Below are positions 12,690-25,044 of a stretch of DNA of 64,000 nucleotides, in pieces. The notes beneath the pieces were generated by a model. It ran no database searches and was not told where the DNA came from. It was given only the letters and a program-made list of their open reading frames with translations. Each line of letters opens with the position of its first letter. Position 1 is the stretch's first letter. The position numbers were made by a program, and so were the translations under genes. This DNA is from Lama glama (lineage: Eukaryota): positions 54,934,001 through 54,998,000 of the forward strand of contig CM052816.1 in NCBI GenBank assembly GCA_028534125.1, given 5' to 3'.

Positions 12690-12938
12690 GCAATTTTCAT
12701 TAAAACCCACGTGGATTTAGTGCATTAAGAAACACTTTATGAACTTCATATACATAAACACATACAAAATAGTATAGAAAGACATAAAAACTGTTAACCA
12801 TGGTTACCTCTGGGGAAAGAAGTGGTAGTGAGTGTTGGGGAGGGGTGATGTCAGATGGAAAATTGAATTCATCCATATTACTTTAAAAGACAAAATGTTC
12901 ATATATTCCTTGAATAATTAAATGCATTAAAAAAAAGA
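12690..12938 (+). mobile_element. Old L1 (L1ME-like) 3' UTR fragment
   Basis: 'aaaactgttaaccatggttacctctgggga...' followed by an A-rich end. Confidence 0.6.
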
Positions 12939-13760
12939 TATTGTTCCCAAGAATAGAGTCCATATGTCGCTCTTAACGTACTAACCCTGGATCAGCAATA
13001 GCTCTAGTCATTAGGACACAAGCAAACCCTTGGGCTCTATTATAAATGTCCGGATGCCAGGATTTGGCTTTCTTGACCACGTGCTCCCATTCGAATGAAT
13101 TCTGCACCTGAGGCTTGCGTGTCAACTGTGGACCTCAAACTCTGATTCTTCTCAAAGAAAACAAGGTTCACAGCTGAAGTGTCATTGTTTTCTTAATTTT
13201 ATTTTAACAAATCCCTTTTGTGGTTTCCTCTGTCAGCAAGAATAGGAAGAAACAGAGCTTGACCAGAAAACACTAAGCAAACTAAGGTGCACATCCAGAA
13301 ATAAACGGACACCTGGAGAATGAAGAACCCCTCAGTGGTGAATGAAAAGGGAAATGAGAGGAACTTGAAGTTGTTAAGGTCAAGATCCCTCCTGTGGGTG
13401 TGGGTGGGTGTGTGTGTGCAAATACACACATTTGTGTAACACAATTTGTTCTGAAACAGAAGAAACCTAGTACTAAACCACAGTTTGTGAAATCCCCTGA
13501 CAAAAACAGTACTTTTAACCAAACACCAAATATAGACCAAACCATTATAGACCAAATACCTTAGCAAAGCTGATAATCAGTGTGAAGAAACCAGCTAAGA
13601 AAATTATGGGTTTTGAAAAAGACTTTTGGAAATGAATGGTGTAAGAACTATCAGTTGCCAGGAAAAGGGTGGATGAAGTTCCCTTTCACACTGTTGCAAA
13701 CCTATAGCGGCCTGTTGTTTGTACCGTATTTCTCCTAAACCCATATTCTATGTTACACAC

Positions 13761-14162
13761 CAGGAACTGGTACCTTTCAGCCTATGGGTCAAGGATATTT
13801 TTCATATTTTCAAGTAGTTGGAAAACCTTGAACAAAGAATAGAGTTTCCTGATCCATAGTTTATATGACAATCAAATTTCAGTGTCCCTAAAAAAAGCAT
13901 GGTCGGAACTCTGCCACATGCATCTGTTTTTGTATTGTCTGCAGCTGCTTTCATGCTATAGGGCAGAGCTGAGTCATTTCAACAGACTCAATGGCCCTCA
14001 AAACCATCTGACCCTAGGGGGAGGGTACAGCTTAGTGGTAGAGCATGTGCTTAGCATGCACAATGTCCTGGGTTCAACCCCAGTACCTCCACTAAAATTT
14101 TTTTAAAAATTAATCAAAAAAACCTCATCTGATCCTTTACAAAAAAGGTATGCCACTTTCTG
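13761..14162. mobile_element. hAT-Charlie MITE (MER58B-like), interrupted by a SINE
   Basis: 'tattgtctgcagctgctttcatgctatagggcagagctgagtc', 'aatcaaatttcagtgtcc' and '...atctgatcctttacaaaaaaggtatgcca'. Degenerate CAG...CTG termini. Confidence 0.75.
14016..14119 (+). mobile_element. Camelid tRNA-derived SINE (vic-1 type)
   Basis: 'gggggagggtacagcttagtggtagagcatgtgcttagcatgcac...ctgggttcaaccccagtacctcc'. TSD aaaaccatctgaccct / aaaacctcatctgatcct. Confidence 0.92.
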
Positions 14163-14548
14163 TTCTAGACCAACTGAACACTCTACACTCCCATTTGCAC
14201 TAGGCAAACATTACTGATGGTTGCAGAAAGCTACCATTCAGCTTCTTTTATACGTTTGAGTGATTATCAGTTGCTCAGAGATGGCAAGCTCTTCTGTATC
14301 TGCCTATCAACTAGTGTTTATTCAACGAGACTTCTCAGGCTCATGCCACTTCAAAACATCCTTGATATTTTCCATGGGACAAAGAAGCCCCAAATAGACA
14401 CACAGCTCTAAGCGCATAAAAATACTCATCGATGTTGAAAGGACAACAAGCAGTATCCCGGGAATCAGTCCCCCACAGCTTCTACTGGTTTCATGTGTTA
14501 TGAATTTCATATTAAAGCATACTTTAAAAACAATCATTTTATGCCTAC

Positions 14549-14579
14549 CTATATTATTCTGTATACTCTGCAGTTCCAC
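14549..14579 (-). other. Candidate 31-nt micro-exon
   Basis: Minus strand: ctaaattaactgaataatttttAG|GTGGAACTGCAGAGTATACAGAATAATATAG|GTaggc. Confidence 0.3.
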
Positions 14580-15419
14580 CTAAAAATTATTCAGTTAATT
14601 TAGTTTGAAGATTACTCATGCGCGACAACCCTCATTCATATGTTAATTACCAGCTAAATCAGCTTCAAGAAAAACAAAATAAACTAACCAGACATCAGTC
14701 ATCCTTCCCTTTCAGCATTCTGATTTCCTCTCAGCATCACCCCACACTCCCATCTGCCACCTCAAAACTACCCTCTTCCTCGTTCTCAGAATCACACATG
14801 CCCTCGCCCAGTCATACTATTCACCTGATCCACGGAGCTCACTGACTCACACCCCTGGCTACATCTGGGGCAATTCTACTCCAAAGCCTCTTGATGGTGC
14901 TTTTGCTCATGTCTAAATTACCTTCTCGTCCCTCCTTCTGCAAATCAAATCTGGCCTTTAGAACGTCACTGACCAGGTCTTTAGATCAGCCCTTCAATTC
15001 CTAAAAGCAAAGAGTCTGCCATGAGGAAGACAGTAAACTGAAAACCAAGAGCACGGGACTGTGTGCCTTAAGTCTAGACAACACACACCAGGTCTTGGAG
15101 CTGCTTCGACCCCATCACCCTGGCCCCCCGCAGCCCTACAGCAACCTCCTGGAAAACTTGCCACAGGAAAAGGATGCGCTGAGCAGCTGCCACAGACACT
15201 CCAGTTGTCCAGAAGTTAGTGTTCTCATTGTGAACAAATCACTACCTTGAACTTGGTTTTTATGAAATCAGTTCCCTGAGCCTGGAACAGTGCTGAATGA
15301 AGCAGGGGAACACTGAGTTTCTGGTTCTGTAAAACAGACACACAATGCCAGTGACCACATCAACGCTCTATCGCCTCCCACAAGATGTCTTAACTTGTGG
15401 CATCTCTTGCCTGCTTCTA

Positions 15420-16110
15420 AATATTTAATGAACCCTTCCTGTGTGCTGTGATTTGCTAGGGGTTGTAATATATAAAATAAGCAGAGCAGAGTCCACTCTA
15501 CTGAGGGGCTTTAACTTGCTGGGGAAACAAGATGTACATGAAAAAACACAAGACCAATATAAAACCCAATCTACCAAATAACCAAAATGGGTGGGAGAGG
15601 CAGTGCGAGAGGGATGCAAGGCTGCTGGCGAAGCTGTGTGGGCCAAGACCTCATGGCTCCAGGAAGGAAGAACAAAACCAGAACTAAGTCTGGGAGAATG
15701 GACAGGATTTGGCTGAGAGATAACCCCCCAAGTGAAAGGACAGAAGGGCATGAGGGGCATCTGACAATTAAAATTAAAAAAGAAAGAAAACCGCCTTAAT
15801 GAGGCCAAACATCCACACTGGTGACCAGAGAACAAGATGACTAAGATACAAGGACATCACCTGAGGGCCTGATGGCCAGCGAAGCTGAGACTTGACAGGG
15901 AAGCAAAGGGAAGCGCCTTCAACAAGAGGAGGACATCATGAAAGCAGCATTCGGGGAAATGTACCATCTTCCTTCTGACTGGACAGGTTGGATCAGAAGA
16001 AAGAAAACTGTAAGACGAGGGGGTGAGTTAGCAGGTTACTACTGGATAAAGCACGAGCTTAGGTACTTGGAAGTTTAGAGTAGCGCAAGGAAAGAGTCAA
16101 AAATTACAAG
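15420..16110. mobile_element. L2 LINE fragment
   Basis: Degenerate L2 3'-region pattern ('atatttaatgaaccc...tgtgctgtgatttgctagggg', followed by purine-rich blocks). Confidence 0.5.
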
Positions 16111-17569
16111 CAGCCAAGATATGACTTGTGATGAATACAGATCAGCCGTTTCCTCCCTTTCCCGGCCCAGAACACTCACCATCCACAAGCAGTCAGGAAA
16201 TGGGTTAGTAACAATAAATGATCACCACGATGGCCCATGCCCAGGGGCCCCCCAAGGTCCTAGTTACACCTTCAGAGAGTCACATGACACGCAGGGTCTT
16301 CATCCTGGTGATGTAATACATCACTGTATGCTGAAAATCAGTCATCTCTGCACAGCGTATTTGCCAATTCTCTGTAAACTGCACCACCTTGCTTTTCTCA
16401 TCTTACCAGGGAACAGTTTGCTGTATTTGCTCTTCACCCCTCACTCCCGCTGCACGTCAGCAGAGTCACAGAGAAGCAGGTGAGGTCCACTGTGGGCACC
16501 ACGTGTCAGAGGGCTGGGCTGATGGAGGGTCCCTGGTGGGGGTGAGGAAGGCCTCAGTCCCCGCAGCTCTCCAGATCCGCACAGCCCTTAGGAGGCAGGA
16601 CACGCCCCTGAGACAAGAAAGCGCACACCTTCTCGAAGCTGTTTAGACACCGTCTCCATCTGTTCCCTTTAACAGCTTCCTTCTGCCGATGCGAAGCTCT
16701 CCCCCTCTTATCTGGCTTGAGTTACTGCCAGTTTGTTTTCCTAAAGATCACTATCTTGGCCAGACGCTGGGAAATAAGTGAGACGACAAATCTGGTTTTG
16801 ATGAAAAGGAGCCATTAGATGGGGTGTTAGTGTTACTCAAGGGACAGGGAAAGGCAAACGGCCTGGCCTCACGGACCTCACACCCCAGCCAATGGGAAGG
16901 ATCAAACGCCACAGTCTCCTGCCTTTAAAAGCTGCCAGAGAAAAGGATGCTTGCCTGGCACCGTGCATGGACCGGCTCGTGGCCTGCCAGAAAAAGAACT
17001 CATCCTTGTGCCCTAGAGGTACGGCTGCTTAAGGAAAGAGTCAGACAAAACTAGGATTGCCACGCTTCTGAGTTTCCCCTTAAGTCAAGTAATAAAGCTA
17101 GACCATGCCTCATGTATGAAACCAGTCTAACAGAGTAACCAGACTTTGGGGGGCTCTGTAGCATAGGTGTGAGCCAAGAAGACAGTAGACCCCTGCCTTC
17201 TAGAAGCAGCCAAGACATGCACATACCCATAGCACATCAATCACCAGGGGACCTACTGGTGCCCAATGGGCAGGAGGAGGGCCAGGCCACTTCTGGTTAA
17301 AATCTTTACAACTAGCAAATAGCTATCTCTTTGCAAGCAAAGGCTTCGGATCATAAGGCAAAGAGAAATAATTCCAAACAGAATCCTTTCCAAGTATTTT
17401 AAAATGCTTTCTCCCCTTCATATGATACCACGATGCACCCTTGACACCCCTGAAGGGTGAACAACCCTTAAGAAACTCTAAAGGTAAAAGGAGTTTTCTG
17501 TTCTCGGCATCTGTGTTTCCAGCAACCTTCCCTAGTGGAAAGTCTGCCCCAGCTGTCAGCAGGTATAAT

Positions 17570-17820
17570 GAGCATCATTTTATCCTATAACTGCTCAAAG
17601 AAAGCCAGCCAGAGGACCCAGCGTGCCTCAGGTCACCACCTTGACACAAGCTGTTGGGCTAGGATGCTCTTCCGACGCCTTCCAATGACTCTACAGAGTA
17701 GGTACTTCACCCACCCCCTACAGATGGAGAAACCCACTGTGTGATGTTAACTTGGCCAAGGTCACAGGGCCAGTAAACAGCCAAATTAATATTTAAGCCA
17801 AGTTTCTCTAACCAGGGGGA
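17570..17820. mobile_element. MIR SINE
   Basis: Core 'cagatggagaaacc...aacttggccaaggtcacagggccagtaa'. Confidence 0.75.
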
Positions 17821-18109
17821 TCTTAATTTGAGATCCACGAGCTTCTTGTCTGAGGACTGGGATGTGAAAAGAATTACATTGTACTTTCCATTCACCTCTA
17901 CCTGAATTTAGCCCTTTCCTTCAATTATGAATTTAAGCAACTAACCACAGTAGTTATTGGGAGTATATATTTTCAAGAAATAAATTTTCGTATCACTTTA
18001 TAGTTGCTATCAGTTTTAAAATACTGTTTACACACAACTTAAGAGTTAAGAGTACTCAGTAGATCCATCACTAGAGTTTCCTGGTACACTAATAAAGAAT
18101 CACATACCA

Positions 18110-18278
18110 CTCTACCATGCATTTGTTTTCTTAAATATTTTGGTAACTGTTTCTCAATACGATTGGCTTCCTTTGTAGTCCTATTCATGTTACATAAAAC
18201 ATAATTCTCAGAGGAGTTCTGCAGACTTCTCTGACTGCTAAAGGAGCTCCCGGCATACAGAAAACTTAAGAACGTCTC
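18110..18278. mobile_element. hAT-Charlie-type DNA transposon fragment
   Basis: 'gattggcttcctttgtagtcctat...cataattctcagaggag...actgctaaaggagctcccggcatacagaaaacttaagaac' resembles a Charlie-family terminus. Confidence 0.55.
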
Positions 18279-19149
18279 TCTTCATTTCCCCACCCAGCCT
18301 GCCTCTTGCCTAGTTCTCTCCTTTCCCAGACTGTCTTAAAACGGTTCCCCACACAGAATTTTTTTTTCAAAGCTATCACTGAAGATTCAACCACTAAATC
18401 AACGAACACACTGTCTGCTATTAAGTAGTACTTATAAATTTGCATGGCTCCAGATTTTTAGTCTCAAATTAGCTTTAAGTATGACGGGCCCAAACCCAGC
18501 TTATCATCATTTTGCTGACATGAATAATGACACAGGTGCTCCATCTAGCAGAAATCCTAGAACTGCTTCATAATCGCCTGCCAGCATGAAACAATCTCCA
18601 TCAGCAAATAACGGAACAATTGGTTAGAAACAAAACAAAAAAAAAGCACTATGATAAAACAACAGTAAATCAACCCAGAGATGGCTGCTAGACTGCAGCC
18701 AAGATTCTCTGGGTATCGAGTAACATCTCTCTCATACGGGAAAATGGGAAGAAAGACAGCTCTCCCCTAAATCCAAACTTCACGGCAGTCTCACGGGACG
18801 GTACTGCAACAAGACGCCAGATTCACATGCGTGATGGACAGGAGTGTGTTTCCTCAATGAAAATGAGGTGGAGGAAAAGAGAGCTTCCTCGCTGAGTAGG
18901 TTGGCCCAAGGCGTGCATTCGTGATAGGCTACAGTGCAACCACAGGGGGTCACTGCCCTGATGTTACCATCGACGTGTAGAAGATTAGTAAGCAAGAACA
19001 GCATATTTCGGATTTCTACCAGTGAGTCCTTCGTTGCAAAATTTCCCCCTCAATCTTGAAGGAGGCCACTTATATTAACTTTTTTTTTCAAATCTTCCAT
19101 TCATAACACATAAGAATGTGCATGCCGGGGTTATGAGGGACAAGGATTT

Positions 19150-19560
19150 CTTTAAAATAAAAGTATTTCTTAGTTGATCCAACTGAGCCGTGATATCATT
19201 TCTTCCTCTGGCTTGTTGAACTGTGTTTTCTTGATTCTCAACAAAGAAATTCTTTGTGGTTCCATGTTAAAAGCGAAGTAAGAAATCGCGGCCTCCGTTA
19301 TGCCCAGACACGTGGTCCTGTCGGGTCAACACTGCCTTCAGTTCTGCTTTCCCACAATCACAGTTTTAGATTGTGCGTCATGGGGTTGGTATTAGCTGAT
19401 TCTCAAAAACAGGGTGCCTTTGGAGAACGGCAGCAACAGAAGCCCTCGCAGGGTCTCTAGAGTTGGGAAAAGATTGTCAAATGGTTTCTCCGTGCTACAT
19501 CCGTCAGCCCAGGCTTTGTGGGTTCTGGAAAGTCAGACGCTGGGTCCACGTCGCATAGGT
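19150..19560 (-). pseudogene. Possible fossil hAT-type transposase C-terminal fragment
   Basis: Broken frames give EKPFDNLFPTLETLRGLLLLPFSKG (19490-19416) then, after a stop and frameshift, AELKAVLTRQDHVSGHNGGRDF (19347-19282). This is reminiscent of the hAT dimerisation-domain pattern F-x-N-L...LL-x-LP-x-S-N-A. Confidence 0.3.
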
Positions 19561-19798
19561 AATAAAGTCACGGCACACAAAAGTCGGGTGGAGGCCGGGA
19601 GGCAGGCCTTCAGCTATGGTGCTGCGGTTCCCTCAGCCCCACAGGCTGTTTGATCCCCTGCGTTATCAAGACCAGAGATCTGCTGGACCCCACAGTGAAT
19701 CTGCAAGTGGGCTGTCCTACGCCCGACAGGGTGGCCTCCTCTCAGTGAGGGACCCAACCAGGCTCACACCCGCCTCTGAGCAGGTGCCCCAGACTTAC

Positions 19799-19858
19799 AG
19801 ATTCCTAGAGAGATGGTGTGGTGTGTAGGCTCCTGCTTGAGTTTAAGATTTCTTAGAC
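19799..19858 (-). other. Candidate 60-nt exon
   Basis: Minus strand: T-run-aacctatAG|GTCTAAGAAATC...CTAGGAATCT|GTAAGT. Consensus donor and T-rich acceptor; open only in phase 1. Confidence 0.35.
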
Positions 19859-20624
19859 CTATAGGTTAAAAAAAAAAATTACTGGGCAAAGGGCACTTGG
19901 GATCTATCTCATCTTGTTTGCCTCAAAAAGCAGGTAAATAGGCCCAGTGTAGGTACAGCCACCTGAATCAGGATGTATGTAACAAGTCTCTAACATCCTG
20001 AACCCTTGCCTCACCTTTGTTTCCTCCTAATCATCCAATTTAAGCCAATTAAAAGAGATGCAATTATTAATCAGGACCTCTTCACTACTTAGCAGATGAA
20101 AATTTTTCTCTTCAAAGCACTTTAGAAAAGTAGGTTCCAGAATAGACTTCTGATGATTCTCCCATTCAATTCAGGACTGGATGATGAAAGCTGAGCTATT
20201 ACTGTAGAGCTGATTGGACAGAAAGTGATTAGAAACTCCCCCGACGTATTATACTTGCAAGCTACATTTTCGTCTCCTGTTCAGCTGGGCCTTGTCTGTC
20301 TGACATCTGCAGACAAAAGTGGATGCCTTTTAGAAAGATGTGAAAAGTCTCTGTTTGAACACAGGTAGCAAGAATTTGATACGGCAAGGTCTCTAATGAA
20401 CAGAGCGTACAGTATGGTTCAAATACCTCTTCCTTTGAAAATTAATACTGAAAGGAAATGCCTGAGGTTGCTAATTACATTTCTTCTCCTTTTCACATCA
20501 GGGTATTACATGCTTCTCAGAAAGGCATTCCATTTATAATGGAGATGGATGGTGGTGACAAGAAAAAAAAAATCATCTGTTTAGTTGGAAGTAAAGAGAA
20601 ATATCAAAACATAAAATCACAAGG

Positions 20625-20790
20625 CCAGAAAGAAACTTAAAAGATCATCTATTCCCAAAACTCATGTTTCCTGACCAAATCAAGACTCAAATAAATTAAA
20701 TGACTTGTCCAAGCCTGCCGCATTGACGTCCAAGTCACACAAGAACCCAGGTTTCCTTGGTTAATGACTGATCTTCCCAGTCTACCCTAC
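20625..20790. mobile_element. MIR/MIR3 fragment
   Basis: 'aagatcatctattccc...aaatgacttgtccaag...agaacccaggtttcc'. Confidence 0.55.
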
Positions 20791-21314
20791 TGTCAACTCT
20801 CTATCAAGGTACACAGTAGACAACCTTGCAGTCAATGATAAACATTTGAGAATGAATCAGAGTCACTCTGCAAATTCCTTTTGCAGACTGCTTAATTCCT
20901 CTCCCTGCATCTCAACCAAGTCTGCTTCCAACCTACAAAATTTAGCATGAAATTCTTTGACTAAGTCAAAGAAACAAATTAGAACATCTTTTACTTCTAC
21001 AGGCAAGAGCACCGGAGACCCAAACTCACGGTACTAAGCTGTTACATTTCTAGCGAACTATGCCAACCTAGTTTGACAGAAGGAGAGAGCAGAAAGCAGC
21101 AGGACTCAGCTTTCTTTCCTCTCTCCATGTCTGCAATAGACACAGCTCTGGAGTGGAGGAGTTCCTGTTCCCATTCAACAACCCGAGATGCCTGAGAACA
21201 AACCCATACCATCACTTGGGAGAATGATTTCACTGTAAACATGTTAGGGAGGTTCAGTAGATGCATTTTAAAAAATTATCAAATTTTTTGGTGAATCAGA
21301 CAAATAAACCAGAG

Positions 21315-21500
21315 GAATGGATCTCAAAGCGGTCCCCAAACCAGCAGCCTTCGTGACTCCTGAAACTTGGTAGAGAATGTAAATTCTCGGGCTACCCAAG
21401 ATCTACTGAATCAGAAACTCTGGGGGTTGGACACCACACTCTGTTTTAATAAGCTCTCCAGGTGATTCTGAAGCAAGCTAACGTCTGAGACAAACTAAAT
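21315..21500. mobile_element. MER5A (hAT-Charlie MITE)
   Basis: 'aaattctcgggc...ctactgaatcagaaactctgggggttgg...ttttaataagctctccaggtgattctga'. Confidence 0.85.
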
Positions 21501-22164
21501 TAGAACATTCCAAAGGCTCCATTGACTTGTGCTGATGGACTGATAACCCTGGCACACAGACATGCACACGATGGTCTCTAGTTCCTAATGCTTTCTCTGC
21601 TGGGGCCCTGAAACTTGTGCAAAGCATCAAGTTCATCCAAGTTAGATCACTTTCTGGCAACTGCCTATGGCAGAGGCTGCCTAAAAATGAGTCATTTTCC
21701 AAAAGTATGGAGGAGTTTTATGAAGACAGAATTTATGACTCAGTTTTCTATTGTTTAAGTGGACAACTAGTCCTAACCATCACAAATTAGATTTTGCCTG
21801 CTTTCCCCCAAAGATAGAAACTATAATTTTACTGAAGAGGAGAGAAATAGGAAATAGTGACATGAGAACACTCTCTGCTCTGTTGTAACTTACGAGAAGC
21901 TGGCTTGACGATGTGATTGGCACACATGGTCTCTGTCCTATCAAGGGGGACAGTCTATCATTAAAGGCCCAGGTCCAGCACTAAATAAGATGGAAATCTG
22001 GACTAATGATTGAGTTTCCTGGTGTTCCTATTGCAGTAAAGGAAAATCAGATTTTTAAAAAACATTTTTTATTAGTAAGAAAAATAAAACATGCTAGAAA
22101 AGAAGGCATTGGAATCAACGTATGTTTCTACTTTTAAAATAGGTAAGAACTGGAAGACACTGAC

Positions 22165-23966
22165 AGAAGAACCCAAAGATGATCTAGATAAATGTAGAGG
22201 GACCTACCATGTTCACTTAATATAATTAAGATGTCAGCTCTCAAATTGATCTATTATTGCTCCAACACAACCCCAGTCAAAATTCTAGAATTTTTTTCAA
22301 GTATAGACAAGCAATAATGAACTTTACATGGAAAGGCAAACGGGTTCAAATCGCTAAACAACTGTGAAAAAAAGGAAAGCTAAGGGACTCAGACTACCCA
22401 CCTTTAAGACTTAACTGTAGTCTCGGCAAAAGGAGAGACACATAGATAAGGGGAACTGAGTCCAGAAATAAAGGCATGCAAATACGATCAACTGAGTTTG
22501 GACAAAAGTACAAAGGCAATTGAGGGGGAAAGGGCAGCCTTTTCAACAAATGGTGCTGCAACAATGGGAAATCCGTAAGCAAACAAATGCGCCTCCATCT
22601 GTACTTCACATCTTATGCAGAAATTAACTCAAAATGTATCACAGACCTAAATGTAAAACATCCAAGTATAAAACTATTAGAGGGAAAAAAAACACAGAGA
22701 GAATCTTTGCAACCTTAGGTGAAGAGCTTCTAGATAGGACACCAAAAACACAAACTGTAAAAGAGATAAAATTGATAAGCTGGACTTCAACAAAATTAAA
22801 AACTTTTAGTCTATGAATGGCTCTGTTAAAGATAGTGAAAAGATAAGCTACTGACTCAAAAAAAATTTGCTAATCATATGTCTAACATAGGACTGGTCTC
22901 AAAATGTATACAGAAGTCACAAAACTCAGCAATAAAAAGCCTAATTGGGGGCAATGGGGGTGGGAAGGGATAAACTGGGAGTTTGACATTTGCAGATACT
23001 ACTATATATAAAATAGATAAACTACAAGTTTCTACTGTAGAGCACAGGGAACTATATTCAATATCTTGTAGTGACCCATAATGGAAAAGAAAATGAAAAG
23101 GAATATATGTATGTATATGTATGACTGAAACATTATGCTGTACACCAGAAATTGATACTCTGTAAACTAACTATACTTCCATTGTAAAAAAAAAAATAGC
23201 CTAATTTTAAAAATGCACAAAAGATTTGAGCAGATACTTTACCAAATAAGCACATGATAAGATGAGCCATTAGGAAAATGTCAAATAATAAATCACACTG
23301 ATACACTACCACTCGCCTATTAGAATGGCTAAAACAAAAAATCCAAAAAAACTGACAATATCAAGCAGAACAGCTAGAATTCTCATACTTTGCTGGTGAG
23401 GATGCAAAAAATTGTACAGCCACTCTGGAAAATTATTTGGCAGCACCTTATAAAGTTAGGCACAAGCTTTGTCCATATAACCCAGCAATCCCATTTCAAG
23501 ATACTAATACTAAAGAAACGACAACCTACATTCACATGAAACTCTGTACATTAATGTTGATAGCAGCTCTATTCATAGCTACCAACAACGAAAAATATCC
23601 CACATCTTCTCCAAATTACAGTTACCTCCCGATGATGGACTACTACTCACATTACACACAACAGCATGAATGAACCTCAAACACAGTTTGCCAACTAAAA
23701 GGAAGTAAAAGCTAGCCTCCAAAGGTTATTGCTTACTGATTCAAATCATATGATATCCTAGAAAAAGTAAGACTATGATTAAGTGATTGCCAGCGGTTCG
23801 GAACAAGGGGAGGGTCTGATCACAAAGGAGCAGTACAAGGGAGGACGTAACTGCTCTGTATCTTTATTGCGGCGGCGGTTACTGAATATAACAACTGTGA
23901 AAACATGTAGAACTTTACACCAAAACCAGTGAACTTTAATGTATGTAAATTTAAGATATAATAAAA
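22165..23966 (+). mobile_element. Older L1 (L1MB/MC-like) ORF2 3' part + 3' UTR
   Basis: L1 ORF2 motifs ('ttttcaacaaatggtgctg', 'aaattaactcaaaatg', 'cagccactctggaaaa', 'gatagcagctctattcatagc'), interrupted by a younger L1. Confidence 0.88.
22947..23193 (+). mobile_element. Younger L1 3' end nested in the older L1
   Basis: 'gggaagggataaactgggagtttgacatttgcagatac...tgctgtacaccagaaattga...ctatacttc' plus A-tail. TSD aaa(a/t)agcctaatt at ~22934-22946 and ~23194-23206. Confidence 0.9.
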
Positions 23967-25044
23967 ATGGGTCTCTTAGGATAGTAGACTTAGTATCTTA
24001 TGTCCTCTGCTATGTGAGTAGATCTTAGTTTCAAAAATAATAAATTTCTAACAGGAATTTCCCACTTCATGAAGTTTTAAATATGTGTATACCAAAAACT
24101 TGAAACTCAATCATTTTAATTGACCAAAATTAACACTGAACCCCAAAGTCATTTTTGGTTAGCTAAATTCAAATCAACAATTTAAAAATTCTCCCAAAGA
24201 ACTTTCACTACTCTCCTAAAAACTGAGAATCAGATGACAATATTCCGAATGAATCTTTTCTGTGTTCTACCAATTCCATCAATAGTTTTTGGAGCAGACA
24301 AATTCAAGGTGACTTGGAGCAAATAACCTCTGTTCAGTGGCTACTGAGTATCAGCAGGCAGAATCGCCTCGTGGGAACGTAAGTTCAAGTTGAGATTCCA
24401 AGCTCTCCCCACTTACACTCTTTCTCCCACTTGTACGGCACCACCACCATTTTACTGAGTTCTTACTATAAACTAGAAACTTTCAATAGGTTTTCACTCT
24501 AATCCTTACAGAAGATCATTTTCCAGTTGAGGAACTATTTGATGATCACACAAATTCAGTAAGCGATAGATAGATCTAACTTCTGGATATTGCTACCCAA
24601 CTTTCTTCCCCAATCCTCAGCTCCTCCAGTGGAAGTAAAAAGGAATGAAAACCTCCAAACTGTCCTCTTTACAACAGATTAGAATGTAAAACCACGTAAA
24701 TACATCACTGTTATTTGCAAGATATATCTTCTAATTAGGAAATGAAGAGTTGACTCCAGTTAGAGGGAAGTAAATTTGGGGCAACAGTGAGCAAGTTCAA
24801 AAGGGATGTGTGTGGGTGTATCCTCACCTCCCTGAAATCCTGCTGCATGGTTGATGAATATCTGTGAATGCATCCAGTGATACATAAAATCAAAGAATAT
24901 TCTGGAACAAAGGTACGCAAGATCCCTAACGTATTTCCTGTACCCTTTAAGAATTAACTGCCTCACGGGGGAAAAAACTTATTCTATCTTCCTTGGTTTA
25001 ACAGACCACTGAAATGACTACTGACCACCACTACTTGGTCTCTG

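Noticed and set aside
20178..20305. C-box-like ATGATGA with downstream CTGA (similarly 41611-41710)
   Set aside because: No convincing terminal stem or recognisable rRNA antisense element, and it lies on the strand opposite the presumed host gene.
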